Positions 63,171-64,000 of a stretch of DNA of 64,000 bases are shown one piece after another. Source of the stretch: Balanoglossus misakiensis (Eukaryota > Animalia > Hemichordata); NCBI GenBank assembly GCA_040954595.2, contig CM082577.2:16251903-16315902 (forward strand). The letters are read 5' to 3'. Numbering within the stretch: position 1 is the stretch's first letter; each line of letters starts with the position of its first letter. Under the pieces are notes generated by a model. It saw nothing but the letters and a program-made list of their open reading frames with translations. It searched no databases and was not told where the DNA came from. The translations under genes were made by a program, and so were the position numbers.

Positions 63171-63747
63171 CCTACAACCATGGTCAAGTGTCTACTGCTG
63201 ACGAAAATGGTGTCCACGGTGCATCCAACGCCATCGCAACATCATGCCCCCCCCCCCCCAACAACAAGTACATCGCTCACAACTGTCATCTATCATATCG
63301 CAGCCTGCTTTCAGTGGTGTGTCCCAGCCAAATATCAATAAAGACATACCCGCACCCAAATCAGCTGCAGCATTCCTTTTTGCAGGTGCTACGATTACAG
63401 GACATTTTAAGATTTTTCTTGGACAAAAACAATGACTGTAATTGACAATTTCTCTTTTGTGAAATAGTCTATGTCCAGTGCGTTTATTGTTGGTAACAGA
63501 TAAAATGATAAGTGGGCACAAATTGAATGACAAGTATGTTTTATGAAATACAAAACATGTTCATAATGGAATTCAGCGTTTCGTGTTTGGCCATTAAACT
63601 GTTGTGGTAATATAAATCCTGACAGTGCGATATTTGTCCTGTATGTTGTGTGAATGTTTGGTGTAGTAAAATAAATAACACAGCTTAATGGTTATCGAAT
63701 GTGGGTTGAGCCACTGATTACTGCCATGAAGGTGTTACGTTCTGAGA

Positions 63748-64000
63748 CTCCATGTGTTAGTTACACTTCAGTAGCTGGCGGAATGGTTTTGGAGTTGGAC
63801 TGCATTTGAAATATTTAAGCTTTGAATTGAAGTTTATGGGTCTTTCAGGATGTTACCCATCATGCACTGTGAACTGTCATTGTGATTTTGGGGGTTTTCT
63901 CTAGAAGGGATTTCACTGTTTACAAAGATTCATTGTGTGTAACTGGTATTGTTTCTTCCACCAGGAACGTGTGCCGGTGTGGTACAGTATGAGCCCTCAA
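63748..64000 (+). repeat. Second copy of the cyclin-like gene intron and exon start (exon begins at 63965; runs off the window)
   Basis: Closely aligns with 50880-51132. Confidence 0.9.

Overview
Animal genomic DNA (GT-AG introns; the repeat families suggest a marine invertebrate, which is an inference). The window is almost entirely nested transposable elements and their cargo, with no clearly intact host gene. (1) A minus-strand piggyBac transposase is split in two (C-terminal part 3177-4766, N-terminal part 22556-22681) by a ~17.8-kb insertion (4767-22551) with perfect 60-bp TIRs. The insertion carries an apparently intact 8-exon, 748-aa Ginger1/Gypsy-integrase-like transposase (YPYY, H2C2, D-D35-E, GPY/F, Ulp1 protease, PHD). 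It also carries a ~7.9-kb 53/62-bp tandem array that shares a 16-bp motif with the element's own subterminus. Its surviving end is not the TG...CA expected for integrase-family elements. (2) A 10.6-kb hAT-like element (5-bp TSD, ~290-bp TIRs, 29553-40194) contains a frameshifted transposase, a nested RTEX/Proto2-like LINE and a spliced BEN-domain gene whose predicted first exon lies inside the TIR. (3) 40-64 kb holds decayed spliced cargo and transposase fragments: tyrosine recombinase, ubiquitin-like, PIF1 helicase, RPA-like OB fold (duplicated), cyclin (duplicated), TatD, a RAG1-like relic followed by PHD fingers, THAP/ISL2EU and alpha-kinase. MITEs and a probable solo LTR are scattered through the window. 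All domain calls are by-eye motif recognition, not database searches.
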